64,000 bases of DNA, from the NCBI GenBank assembly GCA_963804815.1, contig CAWDRU010000002.1:7126939-7190938 (forward strand), read 5' to 3'. The notes below the pieces were generated by a model. The model saw only the letters and a list, made by a program, of their open reading frames with translations, was not told the DNA's origin and searched no databases. Positions 36,069 to 49,578 of this stretch are shown piece after piece (within the stretch, counting starts at the first letter, position 1; the number at the start of each line of letters is the position of its first letter). This DNA is from Blastocatellia bacterium (GTDB lineage: Bacteria; Acidobacteriota; Blastocatellia; UBA7656). The position numbers and the translations under genes were made by a program.

Positions 36069-39035
36069 TTAAAACGAGAAGCGCGCGGCGAGTTGAAATG
36101 CGCGCGGGCCGCCCGATCCGAACACGCCGCCCGCCGTCGTCACGGCCCGCCCGAAGCTTGACGATTTCAGAAAACCCGCGCTGTTTGTGTCGTTGCTGTC
36201 GCGTACGAGCACGTTTGCAAATCCCGAATAATTTACATTCGACACGCCTAAAACGTTCGTCACGTTGAAGAGATTGAATACCTCGACTATGGGGTCGAGC
36301 CGGAAACGCTCGCCGAGCCGGAACGATTTCGTTACCCGCAGATCGAAGGAATTGAAACTGTCGTTGAATCGAGCGTCGTCGCGCACGAGCGGAAGCAACT
36401 GGCTGTTTATGCCGCCGCCCGCGTTCACCTGTCGCAGAAAATCGTTCAACTCCGCTCCCGTATGAAATACGCGCCCGCCCGCGTTGCGTTGCAGGACGGG
36501 AATGCGCGTGCTGCCATCTGGCAGAATTATGTCCATCGGCACGCCGGAAGCAATCGTCCATATGGGCGCGAGTTGAAACCCGCCGGGCAGATCGAACGCG
36601 CCGGAAAGCGCGAAGCGATGGCGCTGGTCGTTCGGGGTCGGCCCGTAATCCAGTCTGAGATTGTTTGAATCCAACGGCCCGCTCGCGAAAGGAATCTGAT
36701 CGTCGTTCGCATAGTTGAATGATTTCGACAGCGTGTAGGAGGCGCGCAGTTGCGTGCGACGGGAGAAGCGTTTTTCTACACTCACCAGCAACCCGTCGTA
36801 TTTCGTCTTGACGCTCGATTCGATATTGACCACCCTGTCCGGCCCGCCGACCACAGGATTGAAGACCGTTCCAATCGTGCGACCGATGATGAAGTGCGTG
36901 CCGAAGTTGTGCAGATAGTCCGCGCGCACCAGAAAGTCTCCGCCAAACTCTCGCTGCACGCCGATGTTAGTCTGCTGCACCATCGGATTTTGCAGGCCGT
37001 TGTCTATGATGTTGATTCCACCTGCGCCTGCGCCCGGCAGTATGAACCCTGTGAACGGGTTGCTGATCGTGGGCGCGACCGGCGGGAACTGGCCCGTGTT
37101 GGGGTCGAGAAAGAAAACATTGCCCGCGCGCACTTCGATAGCGAGCGCGCGCCCGTCAAGCCCGCGTTCGAGCGATTCGACCTCAAGCGTCACGCGATCA
37201 TAGTAGATGCCGTAGCCGCCGTGAACGCTTGTGCGCCCGTCCGCGCTTGCCCAGTTGAAGCCCAGACGCGGGCCAAAATTATCTTTATCGCGCTCGCGTT
37301 TGCCGCTCAGAAACGGCAGTATCAGAGGATTGAGTTCGTCTGTGCGGCTGACGTTCTTCACGTCTGTGTCGAGTTCGTAACGCAAGCCGACATTCAATGT
37401 GAAGCGCGGGTGAATTCGCCAGTTGTCCTGAACGAAGAAAGCGAAATAGTTGTTGTCCGCGTCAGGAATGATCAGCGCGCGTTCAGGGGTCGCGCTGCGA
37501 AGCGTGACTGCAAACAACAGGTCGTTGTCATCAATGCGGCCATCGCCGTTGTGATCGAAGCTCGCGAAATCTTCGACCAGTTCGATGCGACCCTGCTGAA
37601 AGACTCTCAGATCGAAGTCCGAATCAATGCGCTGCCACTCGCCGCCGAAATTGACGCTGTGCGCGCCTTTCACAATCGAGAAGGTGTCGGCGAACTGTAG
37701 ACGATTCATTCTGGTCTGCTGCGGCACGCGGAATGAAGCGCCGTCCTGTATGCTCGGAAACGTAAGCTGCGGGCCGACAATTACCGGGTCGGTTTTATTG
37801 ATGAAGTTAGTCACGCTGAAGTTGAAGTTGTTGATAGCGCGCGGTGAAAGCAGGTGCGTCCAGTTGGTCAGAAATGACTGGAAATTATTCCTGCCCGATT
37901 GCCGCTGCGAGGCAGTGCCGAGGGCGCGAATCAATGTGCTTGCCGATATATCATCGGCGCGCTCGATTGAATAACGTGCGCTTATGCGATCTTTGGGCGA
38001 GATGACCCAGTCGCCGCGCCCTGTAGCGAGCAGATCGTTTAGCGGCGCAAGCGCAAAGCCGCGCTTGATAGTGCGCGTCGCCGTGTCGCGCTCCGCTACG
38101 AGAGTTGCGCCGTCCTGATTGCGATACTCGAAAGAACCGAACCAGAATATTTTATCTTTTATGACAGGCCCGCCGACGCCAACCGCGACCTGCTGGTGGT
38201 CGAAGGGCGGGTCAGGGTTGCTGCGATCAAAGGTCGCGGGCAGCCCTTGCAGATTGCGGTCGCGGAAGAAGAACGAAGTCGATCCGTGCAGTTCGTTCGT
38301 CCCGGTTTTGGTCACTATGTTGATGACGGAAGAACCCGAACGGCCAAGCTCTGCCGAGAAGCGATTCGTGGCGATTTGAAACTCCTGCACGGCTTCCTGC
38401 GAGATATTGATGAGCGAACCGCCGACAACATCATCATTGTTGTCCGCGCCGTCAACCGTGACGTTACCGCCGCGCCCAAGCTGTCCCGCCGACGAGATCA
38501 ACACGGTATTGACTTTCGTCGGGTCGAAATTCGGCGCGGGCGAGTTGCCGGGAATCAGCAGCGCCAGTTCGAGAAAGTTTCTGCCGTTGAGCGGCAGGCT
38601 GTCAATCGCGCGCCTGCTCACTACGCCGTCAACGATGGATGTAGTCTTGTTAACCAATTCAATCGCAGACACAACCTGATCGACGACATCGAGGGCTCTG
38701 ACATCAAGTGTTGTGTTGAGAGATAGTATTTGCCCGACTTCCAGCGCGAAGGGGGCGTAATTCCGGTCTCTGAATCCGCTCACCCGCATCTTGACTTCGT
38801 ATTCGCCGGGAGGCAGGCCGGTGATCGTAAAAAGTCCTTCGTCGTTAGTTTTGACCGTGCGGTGAAGTCCGGTCGCTTTTTGCGTTGCTGTGATTTCGGC
38901 CCCGCCAATGACCGCGCCTTGCGGGTCTGTGATGCGACCGTTGAGAGTTGCTGTCGCAACCTGCTGAGCGCCCGCTTGCGGAATCAAATAACAGGTCAAT
39001 AATAGGATGACGAAAACTGCCGCGTTGCGTTTCAC
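36069..39035 (-). CDS. TonB-dependent outer-membrane receptor with an N-terminal carboxypeptidase-regulatory-like domain.
   Basis: 988 aa with a signal peptide. GRITDPQGAVIGGAEITATQKATGLHRTVKTNDEGLFTITGLPPGEYEVKMRVSGFR is a CarboxypepD_reg-like domain. The C-terminal residue is F. Confidence 0.85.
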   Translation of the reverse strand: MKRNAAVFVILLLTCYLIPQAGAQQVATATLNGRITDPQGAVIGGAEITATQKATGLHRTVKTNDEGLFTITGLPPGEYEVKMRVSGFRDRNYAPFALEVGQILSLNTTLDVRALDVVDQVVSAIELVNKTTSIVDGVVSRRAIDSLPLNGRNFLELALLIPGNSPAPNFDPTKVNTVLISSAGQLGRGGNVTVDGADNNDDVVGGSLINISQEAVQEFQIATNRFSAELGRSGSSVINIVTKTGTNELHGSTSFFFRDRNLQGLPATFDRSNPDPPFDHQQVAVGVGGPVIKDKIFWFGSFEYRNQDGATLVAERDTATRTIKRGFALAPLNDLLATGRGDWVISPKDRISARYSIERADDISASTLIRALGTASQRQSGRNNFQSFLTNWTHLLSPRAINNFNFSVTNFINKTDPVIVGPQLTFPSIQDGASFRVPQQTRMNRLQFADTFSIVKGAHSVNFGGEWQRIDSDFDLRVFQQGRIELVEDFASFDHNGDGRIDDNDLLFAVTLRSATPERALIIPDADNNYFAFFVQDNWRIHPRFTLNVGLRYELDTDVKNVSRTDELNPLILPFLSGKRERDKDNFGPRLGFNWASADGRTSVHGGYGIYYDRVTLEVESLERGLDGRALAIEVRAGNVFFLDPNTGQFPPVAPTISNPFTGFILPGAGAGGINIIDNGLQNPMVQQTNIGVQREFGGDFLVRADYLHNFGTHFIIGRTIGTVFNPVVGGPDRVVNIESSVKTKYDGLLVSVEKRFSRRTQLRASYTLSKSFNYANDDQIPFASGPLDSNNLRLDYGPTPNDQRHRFALSGAFDLPGGFQLAPIWTIASGVPMDIILPDGSTRIPVLQRNAGGRVFHTGAELNDFLRQVNAGGGINSQLLPLVRDDARFNDSFNSFDLRVTKSFRLGERFRLDPIVEVFNLFNVTNVLGVSNVNYSGFANVLVRDSNDTNSAGFLKSSSFGRAVTTAGGVFGSGGPRAFQLAARFSF

Positions 39036-39133
39036 TTTATTCCTCCCCGACTATCGTTTGTATAGGGTCACACAGATACCCCGCTGCGATCACTTCGCAG
39101 CCGCAGGGTCGCGTTTTCCGGTGCATTCGCAGA

Positions 39134-39652
39134 TTAAGACAACCTGTACTCGAACATGAATCGCCCGATTTGCATTGTGCCTTTGCTGCCGCTGGCCGCA
39201 GGGGTGATTAAAAAAGAGCGAATTGGGCCACGCCTCGCATCTCTTTGCGCCTTGATTGCGCCAAGCATTTTCCCGCTGGCCGCTTCGTAAAACCTGACCT
39301 CGACCGTATCATCATCCACACGCTTGTAGCCGAACACATACTCGCCCGGCTGTAGCGCCACCTCGCCTACAGAAACCTGTACCTGCGCGATCAGGAAATG
39401 CGAATATTTGCCTTCGGCAGCATACCCTGCCGTGATCAGCACAGCGCCCGCGATGAATTTACCCTGACCGTCAGTCACCCCCGAAGCCGTGCGGAATTCC
39501 GTTTCGATGCGCTCCTTTTCAACAACGGCTCTGGCTGGAATGACCGACCTCAACTCCTTCTCGGTCGCCTGCCGCCAGATTGCGAAAACCGAAGCCGAGC
39601 AAATAAGAATCAGTGAGCAAATAAGAATCGGTGCGCTCAAGATGTTTTTCAT
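39134..39652 (-). CDS. Secreted hypothetical protein.
   Basis: Start at MKNILSAPILICSLILICSASVFA (signal peptide). Sits upstream of, and on the same strand as, the TonB-dependent receptor. Confidence 0.4.
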   Translation of the reverse strand: MKNILSAPILICSLILICSASVFAIWRQATEKELRSVIPARAVVEKERIETEFRTASGVTDGQGKFIAGAVLITAGYAAEGKYSHFLIAQVQVSVGEVALQPGEYVFGYKRVDDDTVEVRFYEAASGKMLGAIKAQRDARRGPIRSFLITPAASGSKGTMQIGRFMFEYRLS

Positions 39653-39946
39653 GAAATTTTTTCGCTCCACCGCGCGCAATCTTAGCATCCGGACAATGAA
39701 GGCAGACAGCGAAAAAGATTGCGCGCGGCAAAACGCTTTTATCAGGCACTGGCACATCCTTTGGATTTCGCGGTTTGAGTCGTAAACAAGAAATGGGGTG
39801 TAAAGACTGTCGCCTTTACACCCACAAAATCCGCTCATTAAACTTTGAGGTTACCTTAGTACGAGCAGAGAATACCCTGATTGGGAATTCCTGTCATTAA
39901 ACCAGGGTATAAATTTTAACTATAACTTTAGTTATAGACCGGGCGG

Positions 39947-40579
39947 CTAATCCATGTGCACGATGCCGCGCTGGAGCGCGAAGGTTGCGGCCTGCGTGCG
40001 GTCGCTGACGCCGAGTTTGCTCAGTATGTTGTTGATATGGATCTTGACCGTGCCTTCGGCGATGAACAATTTGGCGGCGATCTCTTTATTGCTCCTGCCT
40101 TCAACGATGAGCCTCAACACTTCAAGCTCGCGAGCAGTCAACTCCGTGCGGTTCATCCGCTCGGCCAGCCGATTCGCCACTTCGGCTGGAATGCGGCGCT
40201 GTCCTGCGTGTACTGCGCGAATTGCTTCGACCAGACCATCGCGCATCATGTCTTTCAGCAGGTAAGCGCGCGCGCCTGCCTGTAGCGCGCGATAGATGTC
40301 TTCATCCCCATCGTAGGTCGTCAACACGATAAAACGCCCTTCGGGAAATTCTTTGCGAATCGTGGCGATGGCTTCGATGCCGTCCATCTCCGGCATGCGC
40401 AAATCCATGAGCGTGATGTCTGGTCGGTGCTGGCGAAAGAACTCGACAGCCTGACTGCCTGTTGTCGCCTCGGCCACAACCGTCATATCCGGCTGCGTGT
40501 GGATGACTGCGGATAGCCCCATACGCACAACGAAATGATCGTCGGCAATCAGTATGCGAATCGGTTTATCATCGCTCAT
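39947..40579 (-). CDS. NarL/FixJ-family response regulator (REC plus LuxR-type HTH).
   Basis: RILIADDHFVVRMGL...DITLMDLRMPEMDGIEA is a receiver domain. The C-terminal ...LTARELEVLRLIVEGRSNKEIAAKLFIAEGTVKIHINNILSKLGV is a LuxR HTH. Confidence 0.85.
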   Translation of the reverse strand: MSDDKPIRILIADDHFVVRMGLSAVIHTQPDMTVVAEATTGSQAVEFFRQHRPDITLMDLRMPEMDGIEAIATIRKEFPEGRFIVLTTYDGDEDIYRALQAGARAYLLKDMMRDGLVEAIRAVHAGQRRIPAEVANRLAERMNRTELTARELEVLRLIVEGRSNKEIAAKLFIAEGTVKIHINNILSKLGVSDRTQAATFALQRGIVHMD

Positions 40580-40639
40580 AGCTTCTACATCTTATCGCCA
40601 ACCGTCTGCGGTTGAAACTCAATCTGCGATAGCCCTCTC

Positions 40640-43600
40640 TCAATCTGCGGGGGCCGTCACACGAATTTCGGTGCCCACGCCCGGACGACTCTCCACGGCG
40701 AGCTTGCCCCGCAAACGCTCGGCCCGTTCGCGCATTCCGATCAAACCGAAATGGCCGTCCACGGAAGCCGTGCCGCCCTGCGCATCGAAACCACAGCCGT
40801 CATCCTTTACGCGCAGACCGACCTGCTTAGGCTCGAACTCAAGCTCAACCAGAATCTTTTCGGCTTTCGCGTGCTTCATCACATTGGTCATCGCTTCCTG
40901 CCCGATGCGCAACAGATTGCTCTCCACCGTTGCCGGAAGCGGTCGCGCCGCGCCTGTGACCTGAAACTCCGCTCGCACGCTGGTGCCTGCCGTCAATCGC
41001 TTTGCCTCGTCCGACAACGCGGTTGCCAGGTCTGCGCTCTCCAGAGCCTGCGCGCGCAGATCCCAGACCGAGCGACGCGCTTCGGAAAGGCTGTGTGTGA
41101 TCAGGCTTTGCGCAAGCTCAAGGTGTTGTTTTGCCGCGGTCGGCGATTTGTCCATCATCTTGCCGACGGCTTCGATCTGTAGCGATATGCCGACGAACCC
41201 CTGCGCCAGCGTGTCGTGAATGTCGCGAGCCAGACGGGAACGCTCGACCAGCACGGCGGCAAACTGCGCTTTTATCCGTTTGATGCGCAGGTGATAGATC
41301 GCCCAGCCTGCCAGCCCCGCAGCCAGAAGCAGCAGCATGTAAAACCAGTAGGTCTGATAGAAACGCGGCTCTATGTAAAACCGAAATGCCGCGCCCTCCT
41401 CGTTCCATACGCCGTCGTTGTTTGAAGCCATAACGCGAAACGTGTAATGGCCCGGCGGAACGCTTGTGAAATACGCGACGCGACGCGTGCCCGCATCAAT
41501 CCAGTCTCTGTCGAAGCCTTCGAGCTTGTATTTGAATCGGACTTTTTCCGGCGCGACGAAGCTCAGACCCGTGTATTGAAATTCAAGGCGATAGACGCCT
41601 GCCGCCAGTTCCGCGCCCGCCCGCCTGTCAACAGGTTTATCATCCGCGATAACCTGTTCAATCACGACAGGAGGCTTCTGATCGTTGAACTTCAGGTGCT
41701 GCGGGTCAATCATCGCTACGCCTTTTACAGTCGGAAACCAGAGCCTGCCATCGCGGCTGCGCCATCCTGCGGGCTGCCCTCCGCCCGTGCATTCGCGGCT
41801 CTCCAATCCGTCTGCCGTTCCATAAGAGGTGGAATTGACATATGAAATCTTACCGTCGGCGAAATCGTTGAGCTGCTGGCGGCTTGCTCGAAACACGCCC
41901 TTCGTCGAGCTCATCCAGAGGTTGTCTTTGCCGTCGTCGAGTATTTGAAAGACGCAATCGTCAAACAAACCGTTTTTAGTTGTGTAAGCCGTGAGCCTGC
42001 CGTCCTTGAACCTGTTCAGCCCGCCGTTGCGCGTACCTATCCATAGCGCGCCGTCCGCATCTTCGTAGATGGCATGAATGCTGTTGTCGGAAAACTGCTG
42101 TTGGCTTGTGAATTTGCCGTCTTTGAATCTGTTCAGCCCGCCGCTGCGCGTGCCAATCCAGAGCGTGCCGTCGGCGGATTGGCTGAGCGCCAGAATCGCG
42201 TCATCGCTGAGCCCGTCTTCCGTAGTGTAAACAGTGAACTTTCCGTCTTTCAATCGAGTCAACCCGCCGAGCGTGCCGATCCAGAGCGCGCCCGCGCGGT
42301 CTTCGTAGATGGCCCACACGGCATTGCTCGACAGCCCATCGAGCACCGTGTATGTAGTAAAAGTTTCGTTTTGCAGGCGGCAAAGCCCGGCAGGTGTGCC
42401 AATCCAGAGCACGCCCGCGCGATCTTCTCTCAGCGCGCGGACGATGTTGCTTGCCAGCCCGTCTTTTGTAGTAAAGGTTCTGGGCTTATCGCCTTTTATT
42501 CGAGTAAGCCCCGATTGCGTACCCATCCACATCGCGCCGTCGCGTGTTTCGTACGCCGCCCATACGAGATCGCCTGCAAGCCCTTCGCTGGCTGTGAAGG
42601 TCGTGAACTTTTTATCTTTGAACAGGTCAAGCCCGCCCGATTCTGTTCCCACCCACAGATTGCCTTCGCGGTCTTCGAGCACCGAAAGCACTACGTTGCC
42701 CGACAGCCCTTCTCGCGTCGTGTAAGACGCGAGCCTGCCTGCGCGCCATCTGGTCAGGCCCGCACCTGTTGCGAGCCACAGGCTGCCCGCGCTGTCTTCA
42801 TAGATCGAATACACGCTGTTATCGGCAAGTCCGTCCTGAACTGTGAGCGTAGCGAATTTCCCATTCGTCAATCGGCTCAGGCCGCCGTCCGTGCCGATCC
42901 AGAGCGTGCCCGCGCGGTCTTCGTGAATAGACCACACAAGGTTGTTCGCCAATCCGTCGCGCGTGGTGTAAACGGTGAAGCTATCGGTCGCGAATCGAAC
43001 CAGCCCGCCGGGCGTGCCAAACCACAAACTGCCTTCGCGGCTTTCATAAATCGCCGAGACGTTGTTTGCCGGTAACCCGTCTTTCATTGCGTAGACCGCA
43101 TCTATTTGCTCGCCGTTGAATCGCGCGAGCCCGCCGAGCGTGCTGACCCACAGATTGCCTCGACGATCTTCATAAATCGCGCCGACGCTGTTGCTCGGTA
43201 ATCCCTCGTTTGTTGTGTAGGAAGTGAATCGACCATCTCGAAACCGGCTCAGGCCATTGGGCGTGCCGATCCAGAGCGCGCCCGCGCGGTCTTCGTAGAT
43301 GGAATTGACGCGGTCGCTTGCCAGCCCGTCTTTGGTCGAGTAGCCGACGATTTTACCGTCGCTGTATTCGAGCAGTCCCGTATCGGTTCCGACCCATAAA
43401 TTGCCCTGACGATCTTCGAGCAGATTTTGAATCGAGTCACTTTTAATCGCTTCGTCAATGTGGCGGTCGAAGACGACAAAACGCGCGCCGTCAAAACGCA
43501 CCAGCCCCCCATCGGTCGCAAGCCATATATATCCGTCGCGCGTCTGTGCAATAGCGCGCACAGTGTTTTGCGGCAAACCGCTTTCCGTGCGCCATACATT

Positions 43601-43756
43601 GTGGCTATATTGCCCAAGCTCTTTATCCGAATCGAGGGCAAGGCCCGTCCGGCTGAACGCAATGTAGAGCGTTGCGCACAAACACAGACAGATGACAATG
43701 TTTCGTTTTCGAGTCCGTTTCATCAGCGCGCTTATTATGCCACACAGATAATTCAC
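40640..43756 (-). CDS. Hybrid-type sensor histidine kinase with a periplasmic two-component regulator propeller (Reg_prop repeats plus Y_Y_Y) and a HisKA_3/HATPase_c core.
   Basis: 1038 aa. About 14 repeats of the ...G.LW.GT.GGL..F form, then a TM helix (YWFYMLLLLAAGLAGWAIY). ARDIHDTLAQ is the H-box; the C-terminal ATPase ends ...GLIGMRERAERLRGKLAVESRPGVGTEIRV. Confidence 0.85.
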   Translation of the reverse strand: MNYLCGIISALMKRTRKRNIVICLCLCATLYIAFSRTGLALDSDKELGQYSHNVWRTESGLPQNTVRAIAQTRDGYIWLATDGGLVRFDGARFVVFDRHIDEAIKSDSIQNLLEDRQGNLWVGTDTGLLEYSDGKIVGYSTKDGLASDRVNSIYEDRAGALWIGTPNGLSRFRDGRFTSYTTNEGLPSNSVGAIYEDRRGNLWVSTLGGLARFNGEQIDAVYAMKDGLPANNVSAIYESREGSLWFGTPGGLVRFATDSFTVYTTRDGLANNLVWSIHEDRAGTLWIGTDGGLSRLTNGKFATLTVQDGLADNSVYSIYEDSAGSLWLATGAGLTRWRAGRLASYTTREGLSGNVVLSVLEDREGNLWVGTESGGLDLFKDKKFTTFTASEGLAGDLVWAAYETRDGAMWMGTQSGLTRIKGDKPRTFTTKDGLASNIVRALREDRAGVLWIGTPAGLCRLQNETFTTYTVLDGLSSNAVWAIYEDRAGALWIGTLGGLTRLKDGKFTVYTTEDGLSDDAILALSQSADGTLWIGTRSGGLNRFKDGKFTSQQQFSDNSIHAIYEDADGALWIGTRNGGLNRFKDGRLTAYTTKNGLFDDCVFQILDDGKDNLWMSSTKGVFRASRQQLNDFADGKISYVNSTSYGTADGLESRECTGGGQPAGWRSRDGRLWFPTVKGVAMIDPQHLKFNDQKPPVVIEQVIADDKPVDRRAGAELAAGVYRLEFQYTGLSFVAPEKVRFKYKLEGFDRDWIDAGTRRVAYFTSVPPGHYTFRVMASNNDGVWNEEGAAFRFYIEPRFYQTYWFYMLLLLAAGLAGWAIYHLRIKRIKAQFAAVLVERSRLARDIHDTLAQGFVGISLQIEAVGKMMDKSPTAAKQHLELAQSLITHSLSEARRSVWDLRAQALESADLATALSDEAKRLTAGTSVRAEFQVTGAARPLPATVESNLLRIGQEAMTNVMKHAKAEKILVELEFEPKQVGLRVKDDGCGFDAQGGTASVDGHFGLIGMRERAERLRGKLAVESRPGVGTEIRVTAPAD

Positions 43757-43819
43757 AAATCAGCTTGCCGCCGTAAAGCTGTCTACAGAGACAGCCATTC
43801 TCGACTTGTGGGTAAGTAA

Positions 43820-43849
43820 TTGACATTGCATCAGCAACAGGCGTATCTT
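43820..43849 (+). promoter_or_regulatory. Consensus sigma70 promoter (TTGACA-N18-TATCTT) for the small peptide gene. It is divergent from the sensor-kinase operon start.
   Basis: TTGACATTGCATCAGCAACAGGCGTATCTT followed by GGAGG 5 nt before the ATG at 43868. The architecture and the TGCATCA spacer core are shared with the 22455-22484 promoter. Confidence 0.5.
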
Positions 43850-43867
43850 TGCGCCAGGGAGGTTACG

Positions 43868-44038
43868 ATGAAAACGAATAACGAACAACCATTCTTTGCG
43901 AGATTCTTAGAGGGACAGAATTTTCCTGAAATTAAGACGAGCGTAAAAGCCGGGGTAAGTCAGAAATACCCATCCGATATAGACGAAACTGATAAATACC
44001 CATCTGATGGTGATGATTCTGGCTTAGGCGAACCATAA
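43868..44038 (+). CDS. Small 56-aa acidic peptide (MKTNNEQPFFARFLEGQNFPEIKTSVKAGVSQKYPSDIDETDKYPSDGDDSGLGEP). Paralog of the 22301..22435 peptide, with a duplicated KYPSD motif.
   Basis: Has a strong promoter and SD. About 60% identity to the other copy (PFFxRFlE, QNFPE, KT.VKAG and KYPSD blocks). Confidence 0.55.
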   Translation: MKTNNEQPFFARFLEGQNFPEIKTSVKAGVSQKYPSDIDETDKYPSDGDDSGLGEP

Positions 44039-44127
44039 ACCTCATTTTACCCGGAGCCATAATCCTGGAGACGCAGAGGAATACACTTATCACTCTGCGC
44101 CTCCTCGGCTTCTAAAGAACTCTTCGA

Positions 44128-47776
<3,649 letters not shown>

Positions 47777-47845
47777 ACCTCGATTTTAACACGAACACAC
47801 GGTCGCGTCATGAAATCAAAGCTATGGTCTGCTGCTCAGTTTAAA

Positions 47846-48319
47846 TTAAAAAGACGGCTTGCCCGACGGAGGCACGGCGGCAGAGTTGATGCCGTTGCCG
47901 TATAAAGGCACGCGCTGCGGACTGTCAACAGCGTTATCTGTAATCGTCAAAGTTGATTTGCGGCTTCCGGTCGCCGACGGATTGAAACTCACATCAATGA
48001 CGCAACTCTTGCCGGGACTGATTGTGCTTCCGGTGCACGTATCGCCGCTGAACGAGAAATCATTGCTGTCGTCATTGATAATCGTGGCGCTGTTGATATA
48101 AAGCGGTTTGCCTCCCCCGTTGGTCAATGTGATCCTTTGAGGTTTACTGGCGCTTTTAACTACCTGATCCTTGAAATCTAAACTCAAGGGATTCAGCGTG
48201 ACGCTCGGAGGCGCGCCGCTCGCCTGAATCTCTTTTGTTTTACTGCCCGTTGTTTGAGCGACTGCAACGAGAGACAGAAGAGTCAATATGGAAAATCCAA
48301 TAACCAGTGTTCGTTTCAT
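47846..48319 (-). CDS. Secreted hypothetical protein (beta-sandwich, ASH/choice-of-anchor-like).
   Basis: Start at MKRTLVIGFSILTLLSLVAVAQT. The mature region is rich in T/S/N/G with a ...CVIDVSFNPSATGSRKSTLTITDNA... beta-sandwich pattern. Confidence 0.45.
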   Translation of the reverse strand: MKRTLVIGFSILTLLSLVAVAQTTGSKTKEIQASGAPPSVTLNPLSLDFKDQVVKSASKPQRITLTNGGGKPLYINSATIINDDSNDFSFSGDTCTGSTISPGKSCVIDVSFNPSATGSRKSTLTITDNAVDSPQRVPLYGNGINSAAVPPSGKPSF

Positions 48320-48877
48320 GACGCCCCCCCCGCCAGTATTATAATTGAGCGGGCATGCGAGCGGAAGCCGATGCAGCGGCTCAGGTTGACTGAGCGGCTC
48401 AGTTTGACAAGCCCTCTTTTTGTGATATAGGTTTGGCATCTCCGGCTGATTTTTCAAACGGGGGCAACAAAGAAGTGGAGCAGAAGGTCAGAATCGAAAT
48501 CAAAGGCAAGGACGAATTCTGGGCACGCGCTTTTCATGTCGAGTGGGGGCATCAGTACCCGGACAGAACCCTTGCGCCTTCGAGCGAGAGTTATTTTCTT
48601 GCCGAAGCGGCGTGGCTCATTGATCTCGAACGAGTGGCGGCAGCGACTTTTTGCACTATTACGCGCGCGCCCGACTCTCCGCAGCGCCGCCGCTGGCTGA
48701 CTTCGATCATACCGCGACGCGACAGAGATTAAGGCAATCGGAATCATAAAGACGCGCGCCCGGAACTTGCCTGATGAATCGGTTCAGAGGTACCCTAGTG
48801 TGCCTGGCGATTATAACGATTTTGGATTTTAGATCTATGTGGAAAGCATCTGCACAAATTTGCAACTTCCATCTCTG

Positions 48878-48913
48878 CGAATCCAAAATCCAAAATCTAA
48901 AATCCAAAATGGG
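48878..48913. repeat. Tandem octamer repeat (AATCCAAA/AATCTAAA), four units, upstream of a Tat-exported gene.
   Basis: aatccaaaatccaaaatctaaaatccaaaa read directly from the sequence. Confidence 0.6.
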
Positions 48914-48918
48914 AGAGC

Positions 48919-49533
48919 GTGATGGAAGACAAAAAAGATGATATGACGCGAAGAGAAGCAATCAAGGGCATCGGCGTTGGAGTCGGCGTGATTGCCACGC
49001 TGCCGGTTCTCGGCAACCCGGTTGCGGCTCAGGACGGGGCGCATAATCACTCGCATATGGCGGCGAAGCCTGCCCCGCAGACAAAGCCCGCCAAGCTTCG
49101 CTTCTTCACAGAGGAAGAGAATCGAACGGTGATCGAGATGAGCGAGCGCATCATTCCTGCCGACGATTCTTCGCCGGGCGCGAAAGAGGCGCGCGTCAGC
49201 GAGTACATCGATCTGATAGTGAGCGAGTCGCCTGACATGACGAAACAGAACTGGCGCGAAGGGCTTGCCGCGATCAATAAGATGAGCCGCGATAAGTACA
49301 GCGCTGCATTTGCCGATGCGGGCGCAGAAAAACAGGTCGAACTGCTCAAAGAGATCAGCCGGAACGAGAAGTCTCCGACCACACTCGAAGAGCGATTCTT
49401 CCGCACGGTCAAGTACGCAACCGTTGACGGGTACTACACGTCGGAGATAGGCATTCATAAAGAGTTGCACTACAAGGGGAACAGCTACCTGAAAGAGTTC
49501 ACGGGCTGCACACATCCTGAGCATCAGAGCTAG
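48919..49533 (+). CDS. Gluconate 2-dehydrogenase subunit 3-family protein (Tat-exported small subunit).
   Basis: A twin-arginine signal (MTRREAIKGIGVGVGVIATLPVLGNPVAAQ), then ...ERIIPADDSSPGAKEARVSEYIDLIV... typical of that family. Confidence 0.55.
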   Translation: MMEDKKDDMTRREAIKGIGVGVGVIATLPVLGNPVAAQDGAHNHSHMAAKPAPQTKPAKLRFFTEEENRTVIEMSERIIPADDSSPGAKEARVSEYIDLIVSESPDMTKQNWREGLAAINKMSRDKYSAAFADAGAEKQVELLKEISRNEKSPTTLEERFFRTVKYATVDGYYTSEIGIHKELHYKGNSYLKEFTGCTHPEHQS

Positions 49534-49578
49534 GACCCGGCGCGGGAACACATAAGCTACAAAGCCGGGAGGCATACC

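Noticed and set aside
36750-37700. Plus-strand ORFs (316 aa and others) inside the TonB-dependent receptor gene.
   Set aside because: Antisense to a receptor with strong domain evidence.
42074-43075. 333-aa plus-strand ORF and others inside the sensor kinase gene.
   Set aside because: Antisense shadow ORFs of the propeller-repeat kinase. Repetitive, Arg/Ala-rich and no start context.
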